A stretch of DNA of 64,000 nucleotides from Klebsormidium nitens (lineage: Eukaryota > Plantae > Klebsormidiophyceae). This document shows positions 49,901 through 62,840 of the stretch, piece by piece. The notes under the pieces are model-generated. The model was not told the origin of the DNA, did not search any database, and was given only the letters and a program-made list of their open reading frames with translations. Position numbers and translations under genes: made by a program. Where the stretch lies: assembly GCA_000708835.1 (NCBI GenBank), contig DF237282.1:37019-101018 (forward strand). Reading direction: 5' to 3'. Positions within the stretch are counted from its first letter, which is position 1. Each line of letters starts with the position of its first letter.

Positions 49901-52900
49901 AGTCGCATCTAATCGGAACCGGAAGCTGCAAAGAATATTTTCTTTACGTACTGAAAAGTGACCTTGAAATTGAGTCCCACAGAACACTGATACAGGTCCT
50001 GTAAAGTTTGTCATCGAATCTCCGCACCAAGGAGGCAATAAAACAGAGGTTTCTTTTCGCTTTTAAAAAACATCCAGCGCAAAACCTTAAGACTCCCGCA
50101 AAAAGGAGACAGCAAGCAATCAGCGCGATGTGACGAGGTCATGACATGTCGGCTACTCTGCTGTCGAAGATGTTGCTATGAAGCACCGTAACATCACCCC
50201 AGGGAAGAGCACAGCGCAATGTACACGAATCCTAAATTTGCACTCCAATGAAAGTTTAACCAAAAGAAAAAGGTTGAGGAAGAATCAGGAAGAACGCAGC
50301 TGTGTAAGCGGAGTCACTCACTGCGGCACTCCCGTTGAGGAAGCTGTTGCCGGTGATGACACCACTGGCGTTCCCTGCTAGGAACAGAGCGCCTCCTTCC
50401 TGCAGGCAAGAGATTTTGGTGTCAAGTTCACCTGCCCAACGACTCAACCGACCTACGTTTTTCTTTCCTGAGACAAGTTCTGGCAAATAACACGCTGCTT
50501 GCGCAGTGTTCTTGTATTTGGGCGTACTGCTCCGGATGACTCCCGTACAGAGGTGGTTGTAGAAGTTTCCTGCGCAATCAGAGTAGAGCGATCCGGAAGT
50601 TCCCTCATACTGGTTGCTCAAGGACATGCTTCAATTTTTACCAGAAGTCGTGGGTCTTTTCAACCGCTGAAATGCTGGGGCCCTAACGTATGACTGGGTG
50701 GCATCGTAGCCCAAATAAAACCTTGTCGAACTCAGATTGCATAACTTCAGGGCTTTGTTTACAGTTACAAAAGTTTCAACCGAAGACGGGCAATCCCGTT
50801 TGCCTCGCAATCGCACTTACACAACGTTTTGCTCACACGCTTTGAGGGCGTAGATTATTGTTATGTAGAAACACTCCACTCGTTACTTCCAGTCATGAGA
50901 AGTGCGTCTTTGCTGGTTGGGCATTCTCAGACCCACTTCCAGTTTAGCTGGGGTGGGTACAGGCCAATGAGTGTCAAACCGTTAACACACAGGTGCGAAG
51001 AAAGAAGCGTGCAACTCACACTATTTGCAGCGCTCCCGACGAACGTGCTGTCGGAAATCAATAAGATTCCCCTGGTATCATCGAAGAAAATGGCGCCCCC
51101 TGATCCGCCTGCTGCGGAAGCGAGGAACGAACTCGAAAGGACAGACAGCGTCACGTTGCCGCCGGCCTTGTCAGTGTAAATAGCCCCTGCCACGAGAGGA
51201 CACGTGTCAATCGCTCACAGGCGGGCCCAACAAGAACTTCAGAGAGCAAAATTGCGACCTAAAGTCCGGGGGTCTCGACGCTGTTCAACTGGATCTGAAA
51301 CTATGGGGTCCAAGGAAGTTCTCGCCAAAATTACTTGCAGCAGATTGGCCATTATTTACTGTTTCGCTTATAAGTGAGCCGAGCGAGCTGTGCGACCGAA
51401 GGTCCGAAAATGTTCGAAGCACTCTGACTCAAACCTGCAAACCTCCGCTGGTTCAGCGGCCATACTCTCAGTCAGCACAAGAAAGTGCGCGCCTTCCTTG
51501 AGAACAGATTCAATGTCTGCACACCGTCCTTCAAGGCGAAACTTGAACGCGCCTCGATGGTCCAGAACGACCAGATGCGGACGAAATCAGGACCTTGCCA
51601 AGAATGGCCGTTCTTGTACTCGATTGCTTATAACGCCTTCGACGCCTAAGCCGATGGGTGTGAATACGTGAGTCATAGTCCCTTTGAGGAAACCTCCTTC
51701 GTGCTTTCATACAGGACGCCAGGGTTTTAATTCCTCGAACATACGTTTTGGTACCGACTTTGCGCTTGCAACGCTGTGAGTATTGCTTCCGGCGTCGAGG
51801 GGAATGCTAATGCGGCAGAACAGTTGTATGTTGTTGAGAACACAAATGAGCAGGCCCTCACCCCCGCTGCCATAAGCGGTGTTATTGACGAAGGCGCAGC
51901 TCGTGAAATTCACGTGGCCTCGGGTGTAGACCGCTCCTCCATACTGCAATCAAAGAGGAAGACTGGATACGGTCATTTAAAACGTCCCAGACAGAGCAGG
52001 GAAAGGAAGAGAGGAGGAGGAACAATGGCAGAAGAGGCCCCCATGTGCGCTGCTTTTCGCGTCTTCCATTGGAAAGCCGTCCAAAGAACGTGTGAAAGAA
52101 CATTCAGGACCTCTGCGAGTCTTCAAATCTTTCACCTTGTGAAGCAGGCAAGTTCGTTGATTCGTCATTCTCGTAGGAAGAGGCTTTTCGCTATTAGACG
52201 TCAACAAGTGAGGAGGCCATGCAAGCTTTTGACGTTGGCCAAACTTCTTCAATCACAGCCTCATACGTGGCATGAGAAAACGGGACCACTTACCTCAGCA
52301 ACGTTGTTTCTGAAGACGACACGTGTGAAGTCGACGCCCGCATTTACGCCGACTTGGACGGCGCCTCCGTAGTTGGAGGCTCCAGGCTGTACACAAGTGA
52401 AGGTTACGACTGAACACTCTGAAAGAAACTAGATCGGACCCGACAAAACATCAGGACTATAAACACACCAACGTCGTTCCAAAAAGTATGAAAAGTGACA
52501 GCCTCGGAACCCTGCAAAGCGCACCAAACTTGAGCGAGCACGTTTGTAGACTGGATTCGAAGTCAAACATTGAACATGAGTGACTGCACATGTTATGCGA
52601 GCTACAAGAGCTCGCACATAAGATAACCAAAAGAAATATGGTCAAGGAGAAGAGGGGAAGGCCCAAAAAGCAAACAATAGGGCAGCCTGCCAGAGGACTG
52701 CAAAAGCCGTCAGTAGGCTGTCCTCCTTCTGGCATCCCGTGGGCCTGTTCAAACTGGCAAGCGAAAAAACCTCGTGAATATCAATCACTTTCTCGCGTCG
52801 TAAAATGAACAGCAAGTGACGAAAGCGAGGAACATATGCTCGCCCGAATCTTTGATGGTCAAGACCTTACGTTTGAGTTTTGGAGTTCAAGGTCCCGGAA

Positions 52901-55737
52901 AGTAACCGGGCCCACCCCATCGGCAACGAAGAAGAGCGGAGACTGCAAAAGAGGCCGGGAGAGCAGAATAAGCACAGAAAAATCTCACAGAGATGAGGTT
53001 CTTGTCGAGGGGAAGGCCAGAGAAATTTGAGAGGGTAAGAAAGAAGAGGCCTTCAAGCAAATGCTCTCGACAATTTCCAAGGTCAATTCTTGAATCTCGA
53101 CTCTTGTATTCAGAAGTAAGCCAAAGACACGGGAAGCCATTATACCGAAACGGAAGCCCGTCAATACTGCACGGTCAGCAGAAAAAAAGCAACCTACCCG
53201 GTGCTCACTGTAAGAGGACCGCAAAAACAGGCGGCTCCAGACAGACCAGTAGTATCCATCGAGTCTGGTCAAAGTTGGCAACCTAAGGTTCACTCCCCTC
53301 AGTGCAGATCACATTATCTGGACCGCTCGATGATGAGAAGTGGCAATCGACAGCCTGGAATCGACCCCCTTCTAGGCGACCGAGTTTGACAATAAGTGCT
53401 GTAGCATCTTCTGAGGGAACAGATTTGAGCAATTGCTGACACCTCGGAAAGGAGAACCTGCCAACTTGGCCTCCACTTAACGACGTACAGACCTGATTCA
53501 AGCATGCATATTATGGGTGGAGCAGTTTTGGGGGAAAGAATGTAAGCACGTGCGCAGCGCGTAAACTCTGGTTTCGGCTTTGGCTGTTGTACAAGGGTTC
53601 CTTTGGACTGCCCAGTCAACTGGCTAAAAGCAGAATAACAGCTGCCAGTATGCAAAAATACATAAGAGCGATTTGACTATTACTTACGAGCCCATTTAAG
53701 AGGGTCAGACTGCCGGTGACCTTGGCCGGGCTATCTGCCGATGCACCTTGCAACGTGACGGGCAAGGTGATGCTCAGGGTACTGTTCACAATGACCTCAC
53801 TGCAGCGAAGAAAGACAGATACTAATGTTGAGGGGGAGACTACTGCAAACGGGATCTGTTCGATGTAAATTCGGGCTGTCTCCTGGTCGTGCGGTTTGAG
53901 AAGCCCGATAGCCCTGTTCATTGGGGCACAATTCTGGCACAATCATAGTCTGGATCAAAGTGCGTTAATACCAGTCACTGCTTTTTGTCAAATACGATGC
54001 GAGGACTCGCTCTATTCCACACAAACTTTTGGAATCATTCAATTCCAAGCGACAAACATGTGTAGCTGGCTTGGAGGAACTAGAGTGCCCTTGCTTCAGT
54101 CGTTGCAATTTGCTGCTCGATTATCAGCACGTTGCTTCATCGCCAGCAGGGGAGCGCCCTCTCAAGAAAGTCCTCTGGTTGCATCGCCTGCGACAAAGGA
54201 TGCGTGTCTTCGCCATATGTTGGAATTTCCAGCCTACCTGAGCACTCAGAATCTCAATCCACAAGTATGCCAGCGATGATCGGACTGGCCAACTGCGTTT
54301 GTAAGAAAAGCACCAGCAGTGTCTCAAGTCCATAGTGGGGACATGAACAGATTCACAAAAGAGTGAGGTAGCACTTGCCCGCATAAGGTGATGAGATCCC
54401 CCCTTCGAGCTGTCCGCAGCGCTCCTTGTAGAGCGGCTGCGTCTCCAAAGCACGCAGTCCCCCCTTGCGCGACCACTGCACCCAAAAAATCCAATGATGA
54501 GGTTTCTACATAACACCTATGCCGTTTACACGCTATCTCTCAAATTGTCTTGACGTCTTTTGCAGTTACCTTCTTTGTGCCTTATCTTACGGAGTGAATC
54601 TGGCCCTAAGATTTCCTTCGGCACAAAGCTTCCTGAGAAGGAGGAATTTTCTAAAAGTTGTTAAACAGAAACGTCTTTTTAAAAGGTCAAATTCCTGGTT
54701 AACCTCGTGTTCCCCATGATGTTGCTGAAAAGCGCCATGTTCTGAATTAAATTGCAAAAAACAAAGCCAAATTGACTGTGAAGAGAGGACTAAGAAGGAA
54801 TGCTAATGCCCTGAGTGGGTTGACAGCCAAGGGCGTTCCTGTGTTGAGCAGATGGTCAGTGAACGCTGCTACGCAACTTCATATTCTCTAAGAATCCGGA
54901 TATAAGTCTGCGGCATGGTTTCCCTGAATGGAGAAGCATACTACAGAAAGTACATTCTGTTCACCAATAATTCTGTGGCAGGTGCTAACCAAGCAAGGGT
55001 CGAGAATAACAGAAGTTGCTATCGGGTGGTGCTGGGAATAAAGAGGTTTTGTAAGTGAAACTATTGGGAAATATATGGAGAAAGATCGGCTGAACTAAAC
55101 AAACCGTATTCTAGCGGGGAGACGGCCAACAAATACGATGGCCTGCAAGAAGGCCTGGGCTGATGAAGAAAACTCGGAACAGACGCAACTTTGATCCAAG
55201 ATACCAGCATGTCAATTATAGTTTCGAGCTTCTAGTCCACCAAGTGAGATGAAAGCGACTGACTATGATACATCTGTTCGGTCTCAGAATGTCTGCAACT
55301 GGTTAGCACTTCACAATTGTGCGCATGACAGCCCCAAACTGAGGTGGCATTCTGGTTGCTATCAAGGTGAGGGATGCCTACAACTGGGAGCGTTGTAATC
55401 AAACAACAACTCCTCTGCAAATCCATTTTGGTGCAGAATAGACACCTTAATTCCGAACCCTGCCACAGACCGCGACTAACCTCCGGTCATGGCAATTTCC
55501 ATCAGACAATCAACACTTCCGAGGTGGAGAAACAAACAATCGAAGCCGACGCTCTCCAAGAATTGTCCAGGACGTTGTTGCACAATGTGAACATACTAAC
55601 AAAAACAACAATGTGAAAATGTAAATGAAAGATGGCGGAACGGCCAGGGTAAATTTACCTTTTACTACGTTGCCGCCTGCCCCTAGCATCAGCAAAAACC
55701 ACACCACCCGAAACCATGTCTCCCGAGGTGGTGTCAT
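46980..55737 (-). CDS. Secreted right-handed beta-helix (Pmp/pectin-lyase-like repeat) protein with EGF-like module and probable GPI-anchor signal
   Basis: Phase-consistent exons 52294-~52418, 51862-51943, 51020-51186, 50322-50399, 49584-49745, 48924-49044, 47827-47997, 46980-47197. Repeated GGA(I/V/L) + FxxN motifs; EGF-like CTCNPGFYGTGFVC; Ser-rich spacer then a hydrophobic C-tail (VWVLGLFILCAISF*). The upstream exons (~53.3-53.9 kb) and the signal-peptide exon 55659-55737 are less certain. Confidence 0.8.
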
Positions 55738-58292
55738 GCCAAAATGCTCTGGGGCGCTCCAGCAACTCAGGGACTCCTCCAAAACAAGATTACGCTTGGA
55801 GAAACTCGCAAGTGGGAAATTGCCCTGGAGGGCGCTGTAAATGATTGCAGAGCTTTGATCTTTTCTGAGACGATTAGTGTACGCGTTTGTTCCATACAAA
55901 TGACTTCAAAACGAAAATTGCAAATGCAGCTTAAAGCTGGTATAAGCAGAGCCCAACCCAGGCCCAACCCGCCAGCGGCTAAGGTGGTAAACCTCGAATA
56001 TAAAATACTTCTGCAGGTTTCTTCAGAGGTTTGCAATGTCCTCAACTTCAACTTCAAGGCGGGCTTGCTGACTTTGTCACTGTCAGCAGCATTGCTGCAT
56101 TGTTGCAAGCGCCCCCACAACTCACGAGTCACAAGCAGAATTCTGTTCGTTGACAACGAACTTCAGACGCAGTGCATTATTTTGTGATTCTTGAATTTGA
56201 AGCTCAGGCGCCTAAAAATCCGGAATGTTGACACTTGGCAATCAGTGGGCCAATCTGTCGGATTGCGAGTCTGTCAGCCGGCCGGCCCCTGGAACGGTCC
56301 CCGGGAGTTGGCTTTCTTTGACGGGGCGGGTGACGGTTTTTAGGCCGGAAAATACTTGCTCCGTTGTTGTTTCGCCGCAATTCGGGTGATTAAACCGGCA
56401 GAATCGAACCGGGCGGCTTGTCTTTCACCGACTGGGCACCCCCAGTCGAGATTCGAGAAGGGCTGATCAGTTGCAGCCATGACACACAAAATGACACGCA
56501 TACATGCCATGGACGGGCGCGTAAAGAAGATGTAAGAGCTGCAAAAAGTCAGCACCAGCACGTCTGGCACGATCCACTTCCGACTTGCAGTCCACTGGCA
56601 ATTGCAGCTCTGGAGCAAGTCTTCTTGGAACGAAAAAGTCAGCTGAGACAGTTTAACTGTAGCCTGCAGATCGCGCTGTGCATATACAGTACAGCATGAG
56701 ATGTTGCCTTCACGCCTTCGCAGGCGCGAAGCTGCGTGCATGAGTACCGTCCCTGATCACGTCAACACAACATGTATGTTATGAGTCTGGCCCAACACTA
56801 ACGGCTGCAACGGGTTGTCTCTTCAATTAGCAGGTGGACAGCTGGTAGACTCCGTCCTCACAGCGCTGCAGCTGATCAAGACAGGCGCTATCAGCCACGT
56901 AATCTGAAACGGCAAAGATTGCCCAACTTGGAACACCGAGACTGGTCAATGACCCCTTAATGACAGAATTCTAGTACTTGTCTGTTACTGTACGTTGAAT
57001 GACATCTGTACTACAGCGGGTGGGAGTAGGATCCGGAGACCGTACGTACGTTGTTGAAGCGGATCAGCTGATCAGTCTCCCATCAGTCTCCATGCATCAA
57101 GTTTGACAAACGGATCAAGGTCCCAGTAAGGCAGCTGCCGGACTAGTACTTTGAATCGAGCTCAATGCGCCAACTCAGGCTCTGACCTGTAGTACGTCGT
57201 CTGCCCAATCAGGTCGTGGTCTCTTCCAATTTGACTTTCTCGAAAGAAGGGTCCAGACGCCAGAGATCAGTACATGTGAGGACGTGTCGACTTCTAAAAC
57301 CAGGACGATCGAGATCCATGCAATCCTTCCATAAAAGCAGTGACTCCACGTCAGCGATGTTGGATATATGATTGGTAGGTAAGCTGAGCCAACTGGTCGG
57401 AAAATGTCATAGCATCAATCTGCTTAGAGTCAACAACACCCAAGGAACAGCTGTTTATTCTTTAAGGACTCGTTGCCAGATATTCCGTACTTACTTCTAG
57501 AAGATCGTCTCATTGACTAGACTACGTTTCGAGCTTGTGTTGGCAGCTCCGCTATCAAGGAGCTCTTCAACTGATCATTGACTGCATCTTGCAATGTGGT
57601 GGCTTCTGCAGTACGGCTGATTACTGCTGATCATTTGGGGCGCTCCTTCGGAAGCCACAGGACCTGTCCACCTGTCATTCGACTTCCGTGCATCATCTTT
57701 GCTACAATCAGTCAGTCAAAGGCGGAGGTACCAGTTAAATCTGCAGTGAGAAACGTGAACCAGTGAATGCTGATTCCATTGCAACATCCTGTAGTCTGAA
57801 CGCAAGGCATTACGCTGCCAGTCTGCCCGACTTACTCTTTACTAGGAGCTCGAATATGGGGACACAAGCACTCAGAGATCAAAAAGCGGATTTTAACGAG
57901 CATTTCGACTTCCTTCAAGCATAATTCTACATCCACAGTTTCTTACCACTCAAAGGAGGGTCTACGGAATATTATCAACTGCTTTCTGCAAGCACTGTAC
58001 TGAGGAGCTCAAACACGTAGGCAAAACCGAAGCGGTAGGGGAGCCATAGTACCGGGGCTTTCTTGCCCTGTGACGTCAGCTGATGTGGCGGCTCGCACGG
58101 CGGCGCCCTCTGTAACCGTCACTTGAAAGTGGTGCTCAAAGAACAGAGCCGTAGGAGGGTCTAGTGTCCACTGCTGAAAGGACCAGTCGCGACAAAGAGG
58201 TAAACGAAGCTGAGCAAAGCTGAGCAAACGGCTAGTGGCGCAGGCGCCTGGCATATTATTGCTCACCATCGAGCCGTTCACAAAGCGAGAAG

Positions 58293-58822
58293 ATGGGGGA
58301 CTCTTGCAGGGTCCGTTTTGGCTTCCGGTTAGAGCTAGAAGGCCCTGTTTCCTTGGACCTCACAGCTTACGTCCCTCGAACTGAGGAGGAGAATGTAGAA
58401 GGGGGTTCTATACAAGGCCTGATGAGTCAACCCCATCCACTACCTGTCCAGATCCACCAGAGGTTGCTAAATGAGTCCCCCGCAGATAAACGCTCTGGGC
58501 AGGGGGTGTTGCTAACAGAAAGTTTACACCCTCAGAGCAGGGATGCGGAAACCTTTGGACAGGGGGAAACTTTGCCTCGGATTGTTACCCCCCCAGTAAG
58601 CAGACTTTTTGAGGCTTCTGGGCAGGTGCAGATATCCCCGGGGGAGGGCATGAGCGACCGGTTGAGGGCGAAACTAGAGGCGGCGATTACAGCGGAAGCG
58701 CAAAGGATGGCCGCAGAGGGGGTCGAAAAGTTTGTTTCGGAGATAAGCGAAGGAGAGGGAAGGCTTCAAACGGGAGGGAAGGGTGATCTGAAGCAACAAG
58801 GCGAAGGTCTCGAAAAGAACAG
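58293..58822 (+). CDS. First coding exon of unknown product; possibly the N-terminal extension of the downstream NAC gene
   Basis: ATG in the context aagATGG; 177 open codons, E/G/Q/P-rich; ends at an ag|gtaagg donor. Its phase-2 end does not join directly to the phase-0 NAC exon. Confidence 0.5.
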
Positions 58823-60290
58823 GTAAGGTATCCGAAGGGCTCACTTTACAATCAGGCCTTGAAATCAACATGTGCTCTATCTGGGCGTCCCCTTGGATTT
58901 TGTCTGTGTCTCTTACTTCAGCAAGTAAGAGACACCTAGTCATCTTTCGACTCCCCGCCGTGTAATTTGCTTAATGCCAGAAGCTGGTCTGAAGCGCGTG
59001 GTTCGTAGCGTGCATCTAACGCTGCCACCAGCTTCGAAGCAGGGATCGGGGTCTTAGAATCTCACCCGAGTCGACTTATCAACCTCTTTTCCAATTCTCT
59101 AGTTTCCAGCAAGCTTGAAGAGCGTTCGAATTAGGACGAGCATTTTCTTCGAGTACAAGTGGTTTGAAAGTTATAGCCGCCGATCAAGCGATAGCTTGCT
59201 CGAGCCTTCCTAATGAAGAAGGGCCTTCGAAAACCTTGAGTTCTTTATGCTGCCTTTCAAACGCCAGCCCTATGCTGCCCACAACACATGGGACACAGCA
59301 CACGCGTTCCTTTTCATTCCGCTCGACTTCCTCATGCTAAATCACCGCCCGTTTGTGGGCTGAAAGCTTCCGCTCTGATGCCTTGCCACTTCGAATTTGA
59401 GAACCTCACGTGATTGGTTACTTTCAGTTGCGATCACTTTGTATCTCGGCATTCAAGAGTCCGTTCCTTGCTGCGCCCACCTTCATTTCGCCTCTCATTC
59501 TCTTCCGCTCTTGTCAGGTCTCTAATTCCAACACATCAGTATCCGTTACTTAAAGACCTCAAAACCTCAGTGCATCTTTGGTTAAAAATCCCTCCTTGAA
59601 TCCATTCCGAATCTCACGCCTTTCTGTTGTCAAGCAGCCGCTAACAAGCAGATACTAGTGCCCCAAAGTTTTTTCCGCCACCTGATCAAACGACGAAGCT
59701 ATGCCAACATCTCTTAAGATATCCCCGCACTTTACACAAGCTTTTGCTCGCCCGCCAACTCGGACTCTCTCTCTCCTGTTCTGCATAATACGAACAGAGA
59801 TGCAGGATAAAGACGCTTCGCTCGAGCCATCCACGGAGTCGGCAAAGCTGCTGAGCGCACCGGTGCCGAGAGGGTCAGCTGACGTCGTCAGACGGGTCAG
59901 TCTCTTTTGCTGCATTTTTGCTGCATGTGACCTTCCAGTTTTCCGGGTCGATCAAGTAAGAAACGGGTGTACCGAGCTGGCAAAGCCTTGCTCGGCGACA
60001 AACACAAAGGGTTGCGCAGCTCAAAATGATGCTCGCCACGCCTTGGGCAAGGGAGGCTGTATCAGAGCAAAGGTCTCGAATTAGACGCAACGAACTTTCC
60101 AAGAAATCACTCGCCAATGCGCAGTGCTGCTTCGGACTGCCGCAACTTACGCTCAAAGTTCGTTTGGCCCCTCAACGAAAAGCTTGACGGATTTGCAGCA
60201 CGGTCAGGCTCTTGCGGCAGTCCTGAATGCTTTGGCCGACCCACAACATAGCGAAACATTTCTTACTTTATACAAGATTTCGATTTCCAG

Positions 60291-62840
60291 GTCGCTCGCG
60301 AGGGATCCCTCGGGGTGGGCTTCCGACCCACCGACCCGGAGTTACTGAGCCTTCTGCAGAAGCGGGTTGAGGAAGGAACCGGGCACGCAAACGTCACGGA
60401 ACTGCCCGGGGGGCCGGGGGCCCTCGATCCCGAGATACTGTTCAACGCTTCCGACGGTAAGGCTGAAAATTGCAGTCACGAGGAGCGTTGGATACCTTTT
60501 TCAAAGCTTGGGCAGTTAATCAGTTTCGGACGCCTGAGACAATCTCAAACTCTCCCGATGAAAAAGCTTGGGCCGTTGGACCTATTCGTCTCGGAGGATA
60601 AGAAGGGCCAGATTCTTTCCTTCTGCAGCCAGTCAAGATTGGCCTTGAGTGAGGCGGCCGATTTGCATGACGACATGCGCAGTGCTCCTACTATTAGCTT
60701 CCAATCTTAATATCCACGACCGGCTTTCTCATCCCACTCAACGGACCATTCAACGAACGTTCAAAACAATCGTCTTCCTTACTTCACCTCAGCCGCCGCG
60801 CCTCTCGATCTGGTTTCTCATGCATATGTTTCTGGTTTTGATCACGTGTAAAGAATGCTGACCCCATGAGTAACCACTAAACGGTCGCCTTACCAACGTT
60901 TCTCCACAAACCTTCCACTCTCGAGCCTTTTCATAAGCCAATGGATTCCTTGTCTCACAATATACCAATTAGAACACCCATACAGGGAACCAAGTAATTC
61001 AGCAGTGGGTTCGATCCGTTCACGTTGCGTCATACGAAGCCCTTTTCCGGAGTCCGCTCGTTTTTAAGCGGAGCTTTACCCCGAGACTTCCCTTAGTTTC
61101 CGCTGATTCCTGTCCCTATCTCGTACCAGCAACCCCAGAAGCGCCCCCAACCCGCGAAAGCGCGCGCTTCTTTTTCTGCACGCGCGCCCGCGCTCGCAAC
61201 GGCCAGTGGTCCCGGAAGACGGCCTCCGGTTGGTGGGACCAGGAGCGTAACCCGACCAGTTTTGCTCCGGGGGAGTACACAGCTAACCGGCCGCAGATGG
61301 TGATCTTTAACCACAAAACGGCGGGGCCGGGAAAAGCTACCGGGCTCAAGTGGCAGATGCATGAGTACCAGGTGCGTCAGCTTGGATACAAAATTGTCTA
61401 CGTCGTATAATATAACTTCGTCGCTTTATCAATTGAGGCCTCTTTGAGTAGAAGTCGGTAAGCTCAAGCAAGGATTTGTTTAGGTCTAATTGTACGATGT
61501 GATGTTCAACAGCCGACCATTTCCTTCGGACGCCGTTCCCTTTTGACGTTGGCTCTTTCAGGAGCCCATCAGCAGAGACGTGAACCGCAGAACAATTGAG
61601 TGTAATGGTTTAAAACAGGGTTTTCAACGTCACATTGGTGTCAACGCGAAATTAGAGGAAGACACTGCCCGACCTGTCTTCATTATCCAGAGTCGTTCTG
61701 AGTATGTATTCGCAAGCAGATTCTAAATTCCTCGACCTACTTCTAACAGAAAGACAAAGCCTCGTTTAATTTGGTTCCGACATAGCACTCTGATCACTAG
61801 GTGCATGTCGCCCCTATCCTTTGCAGTGAAAGACAAGTCTTAAGACGGCCTGAGCACCTTTCGCTGTTCTGCCAAAGCGTTTTAACGGAAGTTCCTGTTC
61901 AGCCAGAAATTGTCTATCAACGAAACTGGTCTTAAACATATCTGCAAAGCTTCGAAAGATCTCGCGGTCAGCGTTTGGATAGCTTGTATGATTCTCAATT
62001 GGAGCGTCCCCAGCTAAGTGTCACCTGGTTTGGAGATGGAAGGCGATTACTAAGGCCCAAACACTTTTCATGAGCGAGGCCTTCACTCACTATCGTAGAA
62101 CCGTTCATGCAGAGTCGAGGCCGTATCTTTGACCACTTCGCCGTTCTTGAATTGCGGCGCTCTCACTGCGCGCGCGATGTCTGCAGATTTCTCGAGACGA
62201 GCCGCTGGTCTTGTGCAAGGTCATGCAAGTCGCGGAGCAGCCCCGGCGGAAGCCCGTGAAGAGGCAGCGGAGTCCGGCGGAGCAGGCGGAATCCGGCGTG
62301 CCAGACAAACCGCTCGGAAGTCGAATCCGCCCTAGACGCCCGGAAAGCGCTTCAGCGGAATCACCTTGGCCGGAAGCCGCTCAGGGAACGCGGCTCGAAG
62401 GTCTTTTGGACGATGTTTTGAGAGGCAGGAGACCGGTCGTAGTCTCGAGCGGAACTGAACGGAATGCAACGGAACGGGGTCCTGCGGAAAGTCTAGGGGA
62501 GCTACCTGACATCCTACTGGGGCAGCCTTTGGACGCGCCAACAAACCTTTCCGCTCAGGCCGCCGGAATCCGTCCATTGGGCCCGGAACTCCCTACAGTA
62601 CAGCCCTTATCAGGCGCGACTGCAGAGTCAGAAATTGCGGCGGCAATTGCGCCAGGAACGGTTCTGCTGACGTTTCCGGAGCCAGTTAATGACGTCAGCA
62701 ACGAGGATCGGATGACGTGGCAGAACAGGGAAGACGCGTTGCGACTCGTGCAGCGCGCGTTGAGCGAAGCCGAGGGGGCGTCTCCGGACAAGATGGCAGC
62801 GGTTCCGCCGGAACAACAAGCCTTCCGGAAAGGGGCTTGA
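60291..62840 (+). CDS. NAC-domain transcription factor (5' exons unresolved)
   Basis: Exon 60291-60456: VGFRPTDPELL..LQKRV. Exon 61130-61371: RFFFC...SRKTASGWW...KATGLKWQMHEY. Exon 62187-62840: LVLCKV plus a P/A/E-rich tail. These match NAC subdomains A-E with matching splice phases. Confidence 0.87.
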
